DNA of 64,000 bases from the human T2T-CHM13v2.0 reference genome, Homo sapiens. The notes beneath the pieces are model-generated. The model made no database searches. It was not told where the DNA came from and saw only the letters and a list, made by a program, of their open reading frames with translations. The translations under genes were made by a program, and so were the position numbers. The stretch lies in the NCBI RefSeq assembly GCF_009914755.1, contig NC_060930.1; one strand, written 5' to 3'. This document shows, in pieces, positions 1 to 16,969 of this stretch (its first letter is position 1; each line of letters opens with the position of its first letter).

Positions 1-574
1 TTCTCATATTCTACGTACAATTGCATTCAAAACCTAAGTTCCACTATCTTAGAGATGATTGTGTTGTTGTGTTTTTGTTTCCTTGAGGGAATATTACCTC
101 TGTAAACCATATGGCAAAGGGACAAGATGGAACATGAGTCACCGTACACAAGGGAACAAACATCCAGACATGAAGGCAGCGTCACAACAACTCCAGAGGC
201 TGGCAGTTTCTGGGCTTCAAAAGGAAAATAACTTTTTTTTTTAACTCTGCAAACCACAGCTACTTGTGTGGTTGATGTGTAGCTAAAGGCCACGGGTCTC
301 CTATCACATGATCTCACACAGAACTGGAGTTCTTCCAGTGAGCAGGTGTTAACGGTCCCTGAAAACCAGTTTGTAAGAGATCGTAGCTGTCATCCCGGAG
401 TGGTGTGTTTTAATAGAAAGAAACCCATGTTTCCCAGGAAATTGCTATCAAAGTTCAACAGAGATTCCAGTGCATGAGCGGAACATAATTTACCCACCAT
501 TTATCTTTAATGAGCACCTACTGTGTGTCAGGTACTAAGCACCTGCTAGCTTTGTCTATTTTAATCCTGCTGTT

Positions 575-845
575 CCTTTAAATCTCAGGCAAACATCACT
601 TTCTTACAAAAGCCTTCCCTTACTTCCCTGAGTCAGATCCTCCTTTTACACACTCTGGTAATATGACATCTCTGTCTTTCACGGCTCTTAACCATGGCTG
701 AATTTTACAGTATTTATGGCATTCTTTTATTAACATTTGTCTCCTCCAGCAAGCTGTAAGCACCATGAGGGCAAGTACTGTGTCTGACTTTAGTCAGTAC
801 TATATCCACAGCACCTAGAAGGCACTCATGTATTTATCAACAAAT
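575..845 (+). mobile_element. L2 3' end
   Basis: ctgtaagcaccatgagggca...cagcacctagaa...gcactca motifs. Confidence 0.7.
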
Positions 846-992
846 GCAGGTCTTTATGTTGTCTGCAATCTTACATGCTCCTGAGGTAACAGTTCAGCTG
901 ACCTGATTTAGGGTCAGCTAGGATAAAATGAGTAAATATTAATTAGGAATAAAGTGCATATTTCTTTCTTTGGGAGACATAGATTACCCACA

Positions 993-1203
993 CCAGTGGT
1001 GAACTGGTAAGCCAGCTCTCTTGAAATTAGTCAGTCAATCAATCAATAACCCTGACTGGTATTGTTTGCCAAATTCCTTGGTGCAAATACTCTCCCCATA
1101 TCCAATTTCAGACTACCGGTATGAAGTTATTGGACCTGAGTTGGGAAGAAATGCACACAATCAGCAATCATGAGCCAATTTGAAGCAGCACTAGCATACA
1201 CTG
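993..1203. mobile_element. MER63-like hAT DNA transposon
   Basis: Termini cagtggtgaactgg / ctagcatacactg with degenerate 8-bp flanking repeats. Confidence 0.6.
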
Positions 1204-2178
1204 CCTCACACCCCACAGATACTCTGAACTATTGCATCACTCCCATGATTTGTCATAACTGTAGCCACAAGAGCAGCCTACGATACCTTGTGTCTTCTGG
1301 AGGCATGTAATTAGAGACCCCATGAAATAAAGTCACATACAAATGATTCACCAGGAAAAGCCAACATCACTGGGAATGGAATGTTAATTTTTTAATCTGC
1401 ATAAGATTGAAATTACAGTTAAGATCCTGTTTGACGGAACATGGTTTCACATTTGAACTCTGGAGAAAAAATAACCTGGGGACATGGGTTCTCATTTTAG
1501 AATCTTATTGATAAGTGAAATGATAACATTTACTCTCTAAACCATTGTCTTGACCTGAATGGGTAGCAAAAACATCACCCTAAAAAGTCACCACAAAATG
1601 AAGACCTGAAGGCTTCAAATAGGAATTTTTTTGCCCTAGGGTGTACTCCTGAGATTCTACCATTAGGGGTGCTATTCTTTGATTTTTCTAAATCTTATCA
1701 GGACATTAAAGCCACTGTGAAAGTGAATATTCTCCATGGACAGCTGCCACTTTAATCCTTTATCAGCCAACACCTTCACTATAAGTGAGAATAAAAACCA
1801 GCAGAAATAGGCTTGGTGGGCCCCAGTGGATGGGAGCAGAGGCACTGGAAGGGGAATTGGAAATTTGCATAAACAAGTTCTGCTTCATGATATTTATTTA
1901 TTTATGCCAAATCTAGCCAGTCACTTCTCTTTAGGTTTTTTGCCATGCCTGGTATTTTATTTTTAAGTCATGTATTTGTTCTAATATTTATTGGACAATT
2001 ACAACTGCTGATAAAATCCAAAGGGGCTGGGGATTTAGATATAAAAGATGATTAGCTTTTCTCACAACTTTCATGCAAACATAACTAAAAATTAACACTA
2101 TTGATTTTTGCTAAATAAAAGTACCAAAAACCTGTTATCTACATGACTTGTTTGCTTAAAAGCATTTGCCTTGGGAGG

Positions 2179-2201
2179 CAATTACTTTTGCACCAACCTA
2201 A
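2179..2201 (-). mobile_element. MADE1 (mariner MITE) terminal fragment
   Basis: Reverse complement is TTAGGTTGGTGCAAAAGTAATTG. Confidence 0.65.
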
Positions 2202-3143
2202 AAACATCCACCAAAGCGTTTGGGGCTTCCCAGAGCCTCCATGTTAGCAAATCTTGGGCTAACATGAAGAGGATGTGATGTTGTTGGATATGGCCAATAC
2301 CATATGAAGCTAAGTCTAGCTGAGTGTTAGCCTGGGGGATACTGCCAGGAACAAATGAGGCCCAGCTCCCAGTAATGGGATATGTGTCTCCTGGATGCAC
2401 TCTGAGGATTAAATTCCGTGCGCTGACACACACTAAAGCCTCTAGCAAAGTCTTCATTTAATTAACTACAAACTTAGATATATGAAACAAAACCTCTGTA
2501 AAAAATCTTAAGGTCGAGAACATACTATATAATAGGCACAAGACTGAAGCAGTGTGGGGCAGATGTGATGATAGAGTCTTTGATGTTGATAGAAAAGCAA
2601 ACTGGAAAATATTCATTCGTCCTCCAGAACCTCAAATCCACCCACACTGGAAATTGTCACTAACATACTCTTGCTCAGGAATAACACATACTCTGACTTG
2701 TAACGCTTGTCTTATTCTTTCACTTTTATCATAGAAAGAGGTCAAGGGGCAAAAAGAGGACAGATTCTAGTTCTAACAAAGCCAAGTTGAAAAACATCAG
2801 TACTTAACTAGGCTGAACTAATTCAGACACTAAAATAGAGAGAAGTTATGTAGCTTAGATTTTAAGCAGTCTAGAAAATCATTATCCCTCTCATATCCTA
2901 AGTCTCTATCAGTAAATCCTCTTGGACTGGAAATATCTTATATCCATTCTGAGAACTGGGCAAAATCCCCTTCACTTTAGTTGCACTGGTTGGTTTTTGG
3001 TAAAATCTTCCACATACATCTCAGTAATAACATTGAACATAGTTGTACCTACTCTGTGATAACTTCCTTTTTGGGGACCCATAGATTATCAATTGTTGCT
3101 TTGCTGTGGTCTTTGTTCAAAAGATGAATTTTTGTTTTAACAC

Positions 3144-3660
3144 TGTGGTGAGCAGAATAATGGCCTCAATAGGTGACCGATTCCCAATCCCTGGAACCTG
3201 GAAATGTGTTAATTTACATGGGAAAAGTGAGTTTGCAGATGTAATTAAGGTTAAGGACCTGGAGATGGCAAGATTATCCTGGATTATCTAGGTGGACCCA
3301 TCCCACTCACATGAGTCATTAAACTTGAGAACCTTTCCCAGGTCAGAGTCAGAGGGAGATGTGTAGACAGCAGAAGGGTTCCATAGATGCGATGTGAGTC
3401 TTCTACCTGCTGTTGCTGGCTTTGAAGATGGAGGAAAGGGGCCATGGAATGTGGGCAGCCTCTAGAAGCTGGAAACAGCAAGGAAACATATGCTCCCCTA
3501 GGGCCTCCAGAAAGGAACACAGCCCATCAACATCTTTATTTTAGCCCAGTGAAACCTCCATCAGACTTCTGACCTATGAAACTGTAAGATAATACATTTG
3601 TGCTATTTTAAGCCACTACATTTGAATAAATTTGTTATAAAGAGGCAATAGAAAATGAAT
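3144..3660 (+). mobile_element. MLT1D-like MaLR solo LTR
   Basis: tgtggt..cagaataatggcc..., gatgtaattaaggttaaggacctggagatgg..gattatcctggattatc, ctgacctatgaaactgtaagataata. Confidence 0.85.
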
Positions 3661-3932
3661 GTGGTTAAATATCAAATGTATATCCCACAGGTTTGTTTAC
3701 ATGCCTTTCTTTGTACACACTTACCTTTACTTTCAATACATGCTCTTTTAAAAGACATCTTATATGGCAAGTAAATCATCACATGTAGTGTCAATAATGC
3801 ATGTCATTAAATTGAATCAACCATAATACAAACAGCTATGATAATAACTTCATTATGATCGCCACCTCACTGGCAATGACTATAGGGTTATAAGATGCAC
3901 CCCAATTGCAAAAAAATTAAAATGTGAACAAA

Positions 3933-4016
3933 GGCTGAGGCAGGAGGATCACTGGAGCCCAGGAGTTCAAGACCAGCCTGGACAACATAGTGAGGCCACA
4001 TCTCTAATTAATTAAT
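3933..4016 (+). mobile_element. Partial Alu monomer (FLAM-like)
   Basis: ggctgaggcaggaggatcact...gagttcaagaccagcctgg. Confidence 0.8.
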
Positions 4017-4390
4017 TAAAACGTGAACAATAGAATCTACGAAAAATGGAAGATAAGAATTAGGCTCTCCAGTTCACAGCAATCCCCATACCACTCCCTA
4101 CCAACTCCCTATGCTCACTGCCTTTTCATGCCAGGTACTTAGGAGCTCTGGCTTGACCTCTCAGTTTCTTCTTTCATCGACAGGAGGAATGATAGCCAGC
4201 CTACAGGTCCATTATCATAAGAGTGAAGGGTGTAATCATATCATGAAAAAAGAGAGCTTTGAACACTGCAGAGTATTAGGCAGGTGACCCAGCTATCCTT
4301 AGGCATCTAGTCACCAGACTAGAACCTTGGTGCCCTCTTTGTCTTTGCTCTCCCCTCCTCAATCCACATCAGTAGGTCCCCACACTTTCC

Positions 4391-4707
4391 TTTATTTTTA
4401 TATTTATATTTTTATTTTTTGAGATAGAGTCTTGCTCTGTCATCCAGGCTGGAGTACAGTGGCACGATCTTGGCTCACTGTAGCCTCTGCCTCCTGGGTT
4501 CAAGCAATTCTCCTGCCTCAGCCTCCTGAGTAGCTGGGATTATAGGCATGTGCCACCATGCCTGGCTAATTTTTGTATTTGTATTTGTAGTAGAGATGGG
4601 GTTTCACCGTGTTGGCCAGGTTGGTCTCAAACACCTGACCTCAAGTGATTCACCTGCCTCAGCTTCCCAAAGTGCTGGGTTACAGGCGTGAGCCACCATG
4701 CCCAGCC
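4391..4707 (-). mobile_element. Alu
   Basis: Full dimer; TSD ccacacttt. Confidence 0.95.
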
Positions 4708-5557
4708 CACACTTTTCTGTCTCTCTTTTTCTTTTTCATAGCCCATTCCACATGCTAATGCTCAATTACCTTAATAGCCTCCTAATGGTTCTAACTCTGG
4801 CTGCTGTTTCTCCTCTCCTTCAGTCAGCCTTATCAAGAGCCACATGGCTAATTTTTCTAGAATAAAGACTTACCCATGTCTGTCCTCCATGACAGGCAAC
4901 CCCAAGCTTCTAAATTTTGGGTGAAAAAGTACAGACTCCTTAGCCGGGTATCCAAGGCCCATAGCAATGTTGTTTTCTACCAAAACACACCATAAACCCA
5001 GCATACTTTACCAAGAGCATTCTCCCAGTCTCTCTTTCCCCTCTATGCATAGGTGAGGTCTAAAATTTCATTTGAATTGAGCTCTAGATTTAGATCCTCC
5101 ATGGAACTTTTATCAACATACTCAGTTTTCAATGGCCCCCACTGATCCCCCTCTAACTCTCTGTAGAACACGTCTAATATCTCTCTGAATTTTTTGACAT
5201 ATCTAACTCCATGCCCTAAATCATACAAGATTGTGATTGTGAATGACCATGGAAATCTTCCCTTTATATTGTCCCTTGACTATGTTATGCTCATACTTGT
5301 ATTGCAAATTGCTGATGCATTTCACTTTGCCTGAAACACCTTCCCCTTCCACGCAACCTGTCCAAATCCTATTCACCTTTCAAGGGTAAGTTTAAGTTTT
5401 TGACCTCTCTCAAGAACTTAACAACCACTTTAGCTCATGCAGTGTGCACTGCTTGAATTTTTAATTTGAACAATTGAGTTTGTTCTGTGCCACATCTATA
5501 TTTATCTGCTGATGTGTGTTATTCATGATTTTTCCTTCAAGCTCTTTAAGATAGGAA

Positions 5558-5688
5558 CTTTTTTTTTTTTTTTTTAGGCACAAGGTCTCACTCCGTTGCC
5601 CAGGCTGGTCTCAAACTCCTGGGCTCAAGCAGTCCTCCCACCTCAGCCTCTCGAAGTGCTGGGATCACAGGCGTGACCACACCTGGCC
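5558..5688 (-). mobile_element. FLAM Alu monomer
   Basis: Poly(T) plus left monomer; TSD ataggaacttt. Confidence 0.9.
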
Positions 5689-5724
5689 AACATAGGAACT
5701 TTTATTATACTTTTTGGATATTAG

Positions 5725-5880
5725 AATTCTGCCCCTGGCATATACTTACTCTGTGGCCTTGGGCAAGTCACTCAATCTCTAAGAGTCTCAATTTCCTCAT
5801 TCGTTAAATGGGGAAAATGTACGAAAAGGGACCTATCAAAGTGCCTGGCATACAGTAAGTTCTCATTAAATGTCTGTTAT
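5725..5880 (+). mobile_element. MIR
   Basis: ctgtggccttgggcaagtcactcaatctct..tctcaatttcctcatt..taaatgggg core. Confidence 0.8.
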
Positions 5881-6427
5881 TTACATAATAGTTTATAAGC
5901 TTCTATCGCATCCCATTCCTCGCCAGTCTGTCCATGTGTACATAAAGACTACTCGTTGCATTAATTATTTCATCCTTAGACTGGTGCAGTTCTAATCTTT
6001 AAAATGGTTTGTTGCTCACCACAGTGACCACAACTAATGATATGCTATCCAGGGGACAAACACTCCCACAGGCTGGTGCTTTGTAAGTGATATATTGAAG
6101 GAAAACATCGTCATCTTTTCCATGTATAATAACATCTGCCTCCTTAACAAGGGTTTTGTGAGGTTCAAATGAGATAAACCATGTGAAAGTGTTTTATAGC
6201 TATTATAAAGTACTATAATAGATGTTATTATTATTCCAATGTCCTTATATATAACTTTCTTTCAATTCAGTTGCTTTCCCAGATGCAGTAAAAGAGGCTG
6301 CAAACCATTCTCGAGGACCCCTCATTCATTCATTCATTCTCGTTGTTGACAGATCTTTACTGATCTCCTATTAGAGACAGAGTAAATGTGCTAGTCACAA
6401 GAGGGGCATATGAAGATGTAATATCTC

Positions 6428-6586
6428 AGCCGGGTGCAGTGGGTCATGCCTGTAATCCCACACTTTGGGAGGCTGAGGCAGGAGGATTGATTGAACCTAG
6501 GAGTTGAAGGCTGCAGTGAGCCATGATCGTGCCACTACACTCCAGCCTGAGCAACAGAGTGACAGCTTATCTCAAAAAAAAAAAAA
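6428..6586 (+). mobile_element. FRAM-like Alu monomer
   Basis: Single monomer with an A tail. Confidence 0.85.
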
Positions 6587-7115
6587 CAGTTATAATACCT
6601 GTACCCTCAAAACACTTCATATTATCCTTTTTTTCCTTCTCACCTTTTACCTTAAGCCATCCTGTTTATCAACTGAACATTTTATGTGTCTGCACATGAG
6701 ACAGGATGGGGTGGGGAAAGAAGCTGAGTAGGTGACACCGAAGGGGACTCATCTATATGATCAGCCCTGTTGTACCATGTGAACCACAAGAACTTTATTT
6801 ATAGGGTACTGAATCTTCTAGAGATGAAAAGTCTCAGCCCCAGAAAGCAATGCCAAATTATGAAAAATCTGGAGGAAGAAGAAAACCACCAAAGGGTATT
6901 CTTAAAAAAAAAAAAAAAGAAGAAGAAGAAGAAAGAAAAAAAGGTATACCTACTGAAGACTCTGACCACATATCATTATGACTCATAGTAAAATGGGTCT
7001 TGGTGATTCACTGCTACTTATTTGTTTTAAGCATGATAATTATCTTTACTGCTTAAATTAAGCTTTTCTTATTTCCAAAAACAATTTTTTAAAACCCTTG
7101 AGGCTTTGTTGGATT

Positions 7116-7329
7116 TTTATTCCATTGTTAAATAAGATTAAATACTCTGAGCTTTTCAGGTCTAACATTAGACTTGGTTACATTTTTGTAATACAGGATG
7201 TCTTTTGAGTTTCCATTCTAGATCACTTTTTGAAAGAATAAGATTTTTAAAATTTCTCATCAACTGTAAAATAGAATTGTAAAAGATATTGCTAAACAAT
7301 GCTATTTCAATGTTTTTCCAACACTGAGC
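7116..7329 (-). other. Candidate terminal exon (acceptor, 53-codon ORF, stop, AATAAA)
   Basis: Long pyrimidine tract ending cttcacag|G at 7329; AQCWKNIEIALFSNIFYNSILQLMRNFKNLILSKSDLEWKLKRHPVLQKCNQV* ending at 7168; AATAAA at 7121-7116. Confidence 0.2.
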
Positions 7330-8719
7330 CTGTGAAGGTAAGCAAAGGAAGAGAGAGAAGTAAAAGGTGGGAGGGAAAAGTCTTTGCGATATTTTCACTG
7401 CCTTTACTTAAATGAGTATTAACTGATTTCAAAACCAATATCAATTTTACAGTAAATGAGTTTTGACATGTGCATGATTATGGTTATATTCTAAGTGAAA
7501 ATGGCCTGGCCTGGGGCTGAGAATCTCCTGAGACACTAACCACTTCAGCTATTCTCACTACTATACCTGTTCTTTAATGGGTGAATTCATCTGATAGGTA
7601 GGTTGGATACAACTGAACTCTCCATTAAATAATTGGGTTTATGTTTTAAAATGCTAACAATTTCTGAATTAGGAAAAAATTTAATATACTCTAAAGAAAT
7701 AGCAAAAGCCTAGCCTCCAAACACCAGATTGCTTCCCTTGCCTGGTCCTTGCTTTTGTAATTCTAGGCTTCTAGCATAGTACTTGGCACACACAGCTTGC
7801 TGTTCAATGAGCTACTTTCAAATTACAATGAAGTCATATAAAATGAGTGAAATTAAGAGATTAAGTATGTGTTTGTGCATATATATTTTAACAATCTCAT
7901 CTGACTTGGCACAAAACTGTACTTTGCCAAGAATTTCATTATTTAATTAGCATTGCTGCTAATTTACACCATGCGCTTAACCAAGTGACTTACCCCTCTT
8001 TTTTTAAATATTTGTTTAATAATTCTCTCTTTTATTTATGAAATAGGACCGTCTTTTCTGCCTTTATAAATGTCTCAATATATTCTTTGTATTTGCCAAC
8101 CTAGACAGGGACACATAATCAGAACTTTGTATGATGTTACAAAGTCATTGAAAGGCTAGTGTTCATGCATATGAAAGTGCTAAAACAATAACTACTCAGA
8201 ATTCTGTAAAATTTTAGTAAAACGTCTATTCACATCATCTTGCATGTCTGGACCATACTTAAAAGAAACAGTGTCTCACACACTGAGGACACTATTGTGT
8301 TATTAAAAGTTAATTCTAGATTTGAACCTAATTATGATTTTAGTCCTTTTCTTTCCTCTTCAATCTCTGTGCCTACAGAAAGCTACTGAGTAGAAAATTA
8401 AATGATCTACTACTAATAATATACATATATTTATATATTTTTTCATATAAAGTGCTTTTAAATGTCTTCTATCATTTAACCTAGCCAATGAAGTAGTGAG
8501 TTTAGAAATGTTACCGATTGCATTTTTCAGATAATGTAACAAAGAGGAGGACCAGGTAATAAAAGACATAAGTTAGTTCAATATATACGCAGGGCCATCG
8601 CTCATGAGAAATGTGGCTAAAAGAAATTACACATGTATAAACTTTGAAGTAGACTAGTAGTTCTATCAGTGAATGCTATCAACATTATCTAATTAGCCAC
8701 TAGATTGGTTATATATTTA

Positions 8720-8960
8720 TATATTGTTTCATTAGCACATATCAGTACTTAAGAACACCAAATATCAGTCTCAGCACCATACATATAATTCTTTTAATCC
8801 TTGTAGTAAGTTTTGAGATGGTTATTAATCCTCTTCCCATTTTACAGATAAGGAAGCTGGGGCACAGTGAAGTTAAAGCCAAGGTCCACACAGCTAGTAT
8901 GTGAAGCACTTAGGATTCATATCCAGAATTCTGGATTTTAAGCTTCTAAAGAGTGGACTA
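8720..8960 (-). mobile_element. MIR
   Basis: cccattttacagataaggaagctggggcacag..aaggtccacacagctagt. Confidence 0.8.
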
Positions 8961-9199
8961 TTTTCAACAATGGTGTATCTTGCCATAACTAACATAGTAT
9001 GTTGTATTTAGAGGCATTTATTAATTATTTCCTGAATAGAATTATGGCAGCAGTGAAAAATTTTTGGTCAGAATAGTGAGCCTTTCTTTGTGAGCCACAC
9101 CATTAGACCAATGCTTCCAAAGTAAACAAAAGCCGCTGCCTTTAATTGATGTTTACTGGGGCAATCAGAGCTTTAGTGAACTATACAAACTGAAAATGT

Positions 9200-9400
9200 C
9201 ATCACACCTTGCTCTGCAACTTACAAGCTGGGTAATCTTGAGTAAGTCAACAAGCTCTCCGAAGCCCAGTTCTTTATTAGTAAAATAGGGATATTAAATA
9301 GCCTGAGAAAGAAGTTGTGAAGATTCGGGATAATACAACAAAGAACTACAGAAAGTAATATATAGTAACCACATGATTAATAATAATAATGCATGCGATC
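9200..9400 (+). mobile_element. MIR
   Basis: gctctgcaacttacaagctgggtaatcttgagtaagtca. Confidence 0.7.
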
Positions 9401-9439
9401 ATTTTTATGGCGATGATTCTCATTAGCCCCAAAGCACAC

Positions 9440-9814
9440 CTCTAACTGATGGAACAAATGGAACTGCAACCTAGTTCTCCAGATTTCTAATCTAGCCCGT
9501 CCAGACACTCATTGTTATTCTTCTCCTCTATGGTAACCGGAGCAAATTGAATAACTTTTACATCCATTTAATGGCACCATCATGGTTTCAGTGCATATCA
9601 TTTTTAAGTTCTGGTTTTAGGCTCGGTTGTGAAAATAATTTTGTGATGTTGCAGAAGAACAAAGCAATTTGGTTTTCCCGATTAAGAAACTCTACTGACA
9701 CAACATCAGGATTAAATTCACTCTGGACAGCAGATGTTACTATATCAAAACCACAAAATGTTATCAGGGCGGTTCCCTCAGAAGACACTTACTGGCAAAA
9801 ACTTCTGGCATTTA
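9440..9814 (-). pseudogene. Candidate second exon of the same decayed gene
   Basis: Acceptor ttttttcaatag| at 9814 in phase 1 continues the frame: VNARSFCQ*VSSEGTALITFCGFDIVTSAVQSEFNPDVVSVEFLNRENQIALFFCNITKLFSQPSLKPELK; further stops or a frameshift follow; possible donor AG|GTGTGC at 9440. Confidence 0.3.
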
Positions 9815-9839
9815 CTATTGAAAAAATTAACATTTTTCT

Positions 9840-11340
<1,501 letters not shown>

Positions 11341-11957
11341 TTATAGGACAATGTCTCCCATTGCTTTTCATTTTCTTAGCAAGTTTCACTCAGTTTTTCT
11401 TCCAAGTAAATTTAACAGTCATTCTGACATACACTTTTATAGCTAAAATCCACTATTTGTCCATTAGTGACTTAAATAGAGATTGTTCTTCCATAAAGAT
11501 GCTTAAAATTGCAATAATTGTGACTGGTAAAAGGAAACAGGGTTGTAAATTACAGAACATGATACTAGAGACAGCCAGGGATTGTTTTCTCCATGTCTTT
11601 AATTGTAGGATAGAGTCATTTAGATGAAGAGGGACATGAAAACAAGGCATTGGATGCATTCTTTGTTAGTCATAAAGTTTCATTAATTTTCCCACACAGT
11701 ATTTCTGAAAGTGTGACCTATGTTGTCCCAAAATCATGCTGTGTTTAAAATAGTGCAGCTTGTGAAGCAAGAATAATTTTTTTAACTCAAAACTCATGAA
11801 AGAGACACACAAGTTATGTCCAGATAACATTCAAGGTGCTGCTAACGTTCCCTCCATGACAGAAAGGCTATTCCCTTCAGACCTTGGCGTTCTCTTTTTC
11901 ACTGAGAACTGAGATTAGACTGTCCCTTGGTATATATTGGTTTTATTGTTGAGGTGT

Positions 11958-11958
<1 letters not shown>

Positions 11959-12008
<50 letters not shown>

Positions 12009-12014
12009 TGTGTG
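11959..12014. repeat. (TG)n microsatellite
   Basis: More than 20 uninterrupted TG units. Confidence 0.97.
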
Positions 12015-12114
12015 TTTGGTGTTATATATATCCAATCTCTCAAGGGCAAATTGCAAACACCCTACCAGCCGAGTGTCCACCCGGAGACAGTATATCATCA
12101 ACATATGTCCTTAA

Positions 12115-12484
<370 letters not shown>

Positions 12485-12896
12485 TAACTGTAGTCATAAT
12501 TTCATTGCAGTCTGGCATTGGTCTTTAATTATCGCAACACTTGTTCAACTTAAAATATCAAAACTTTTATAATTAATCAAGACTGATTGAGTCATGTCAG
12601 TATAGGTCATCCAGGAATCTTTACTGTGGAGATATTTTTTAAAAAAGACTTCTGGGAGAAAATTTGTGGAATAAAGCAGGATCACTGAATCTCCCTTCCA
12701 AGCAACAAAACTAGGAAGAGTGGATAAATTTGGATTATAAAAATTAGATTAAGTGGTGAACAGGAGAGAAAAAAAGATTTTAATGGGGCACAGCATGGCA
12801 TTGCACAGCTTCTAATTCTTCCCAGACACAAACAGAGAGGAGTAAAAAAAGATGAGCTAAAAATTTTGTAGAGTGTGCTAAGTACGGGTGTCTCTC

Positions 12897-13274
<378 letters not shown>

Positions 13275-13685
13275 TAAAATTATCTTAGAACCCAGATTGA
13301 GACAAAAGGCTGCAAGGACTTGCCATCTCACAGATTGCCAGGCTGTCTTGCATTGTGAGCCCATGGATGGGATCTACCTCTGGCTGATTGGGGTAGGCCA
13401 TAGGACAGGACATTTAACATCCCCAAAGGACCCTGCAGAACAAGATTTGTCAGCCAGGACTGCACCAGCCCAGATTAAGCTTACTCTCTTTCTCTTCCTT
13501 CATCTCTTTGTCCCTACACCACAGAAAAGTGGATTGAAAGAATGAAACTATCCTCAAACATTAGCTCATAAGGGAAAGAACAAATATGTCTCAGAGGTAA
13601 GTTAAAATAGAGTTAGGGAGAACAAGCCACACTATATTATAGAAAGCAGAATTTTGAACTAAGCTTTAATTCAATTTCCAGTTAA

Positions 13686-15110
<1,425 letters not shown>

Positions 15111-15174
15111 AAAGTAATAACTTTTAAATAAATGTAATCATCTAGCAGTTTAACCTCTGACATTGAAGTCTTAC

Positions 15175-15262
15175 CTGGGAGAAAGGTCACTGAGGACCTA
15201 AGTGCCCAGATGTACCACCATGACGTAGTGACCCAGAGCGTCCAAGGGGCTGGTCTTTCCAT
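15175..15262 (-). pseudogene. Candidate signal-peptide first exon of an unidentified decayed gene or lncRNA
   Basis: Optimal Kozak gggccATGG at 15262; 29 codons MERPAPWTLWVTTSWWYIWALRSSVTFLP; phase-1 consensus donor CAG|GTAAGA at 15175; non-repetitive sequence with an ETS site CAGGAAGTG just upstream. Confidence 0.4.
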
Positions 15263-15832
15263 GGCCCCCCCTCATCACTTCCTGAAGCCTGCTGTAGACT
15301 GCTATAAGAGCGGCCCTCTCTCTCTCTTTTTTTTTTAAACAACTAGAGGCACCTGTTCTTTGAAGTGGGTGTCAGCTGCAGATGTAACACCCATTATCAC
15401 ATGACATCTGTTTTTAGTTAGTGAAAAATGCTGCGATGCTTTACTTATTTGCCTCCCTGCTTAAAAATCCACAAGCTTCAAAATTTCCCACAAGGGGGAT
15501 CATTAATTTTTTTCTCAAATACTTTTTTTATTTTTTAATATCAGAAGACATCTTTTTGGTATTTACATGTACTGTTTTCAATCTCCTCTATTTTAAGTGG
15601 AAATAAGTAGAATGGCATATTTTAAAACAGCATTTTATATGCCATTTTTTCAGACAGGAAACATCAAAGATTCCTGGCAGCCTCCCAATTATACAGCCAG
15701 ATGAATGATCAATTAAAAAGCCACTAGCAGCTAATAGGGCACATGCCACAAAAACAGAACATTACAGGTCGACTATGATGACAAATATGACTTTTTGGCT
15801 AGCATTCCATCAGTGTTTTTCTGTTTTTGTTC

Positions 15833-16131
<299 letters not shown>

Positions 16132-16504
16132 ATTCATCAGTCTTTTTCTAGTTAGCATCAACTGTATTTTTTCCTCTGAACAAAACAAACTATAAACTAT
16201 ATAGTTCATACATATGTATACACACACACACATATATATCAAATGTTTTCATATTTGTGCTAAGTAATTAGTGCCATGAAATATTACTAAATAACTTATT
16301 TCTGTTTCCAATGTGGCTGCATCTGAGACAGGAAATGAGCACTCTTAACTAAAGTAGACTGTGGGAAGACCCTGAGAATTTCTTAGTGAGCCAGCTCTTT
16401 AAGTCTTATTTCTCTCATTCTAAATCCTTAATATTCTATTATTCTTCCTGAACTATAGTTCTTGACTTTTCCTAAACTGCAGTGAGAAACTACGGAATGA
16501 ACTT

Positions 16505-16676
16505 AGGCTTGCTTACGTAATCTGTGAGGCCCAGTACAAAATTAAAATGTGGGGCCCCTTGTTCAAAAATTATCAAGAATTTCAAGATGGCAACAGCAGA
16601 GCATTAAGGCAAACACAGGGTCATTCTGAGCGTGCGGTCTGTGCAGCTGCACAGGTTTCACACCCATGAAGCTGGC
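16505..16676 (-). mobile_element. MER45A-like hAT transposon
   Basis: ggggccccttgttcaaaaattatcaagaatttcaagatggcaacagcagagcattaa. Confidence 0.8.
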
Positions 16677-16969
16677 ATTTTGTGTGCTTGTTTCTGTGTT
16701 CAGCCATTTCTAGGACTCAACTGCAGATACTGATTCTCAGATGCTGCCAAGGAGTCATTTTCATTTTCACCTTAATGTATCTTTTATTTCTTTTCCTTTT
16801 TTTCCCAACATCATCCTGGAAGTCCTATTAATGCAACCAACTTGTCTCCTCCTGATTGGTGATAGCGCCTTCCCCTTGCTGCTCAGCCAACTTTCCGTCA
16901 TCTGTGAAACTATGCCCTAACTGCCCCCATCCAGCTTTTTTCTACACATGTATCCAGAATCTGCTATGA

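Noticed and set aside
3720-3920. Strong minus-strand donor AAG|GTAAGT
   Set aside because: No convincing ORF or acceptor, and the sequence resembles a degraded DNA transposon.
6805-6982. Plus-strand exon-like ORF GTESSRDEKSQPQKAMPNYEKSGGRRKPPKG
   Set aside because: It runs into an A/GAA low-complexity tract, has no recognisable homology and has no partner exons.
7168-7280. SDLEWKLKR resembling a TRP-channel TRP box
   Set aside because: The preceding segment is not a proper hydrophobic S6 helix and no other TRP exons are seen; likely chance.
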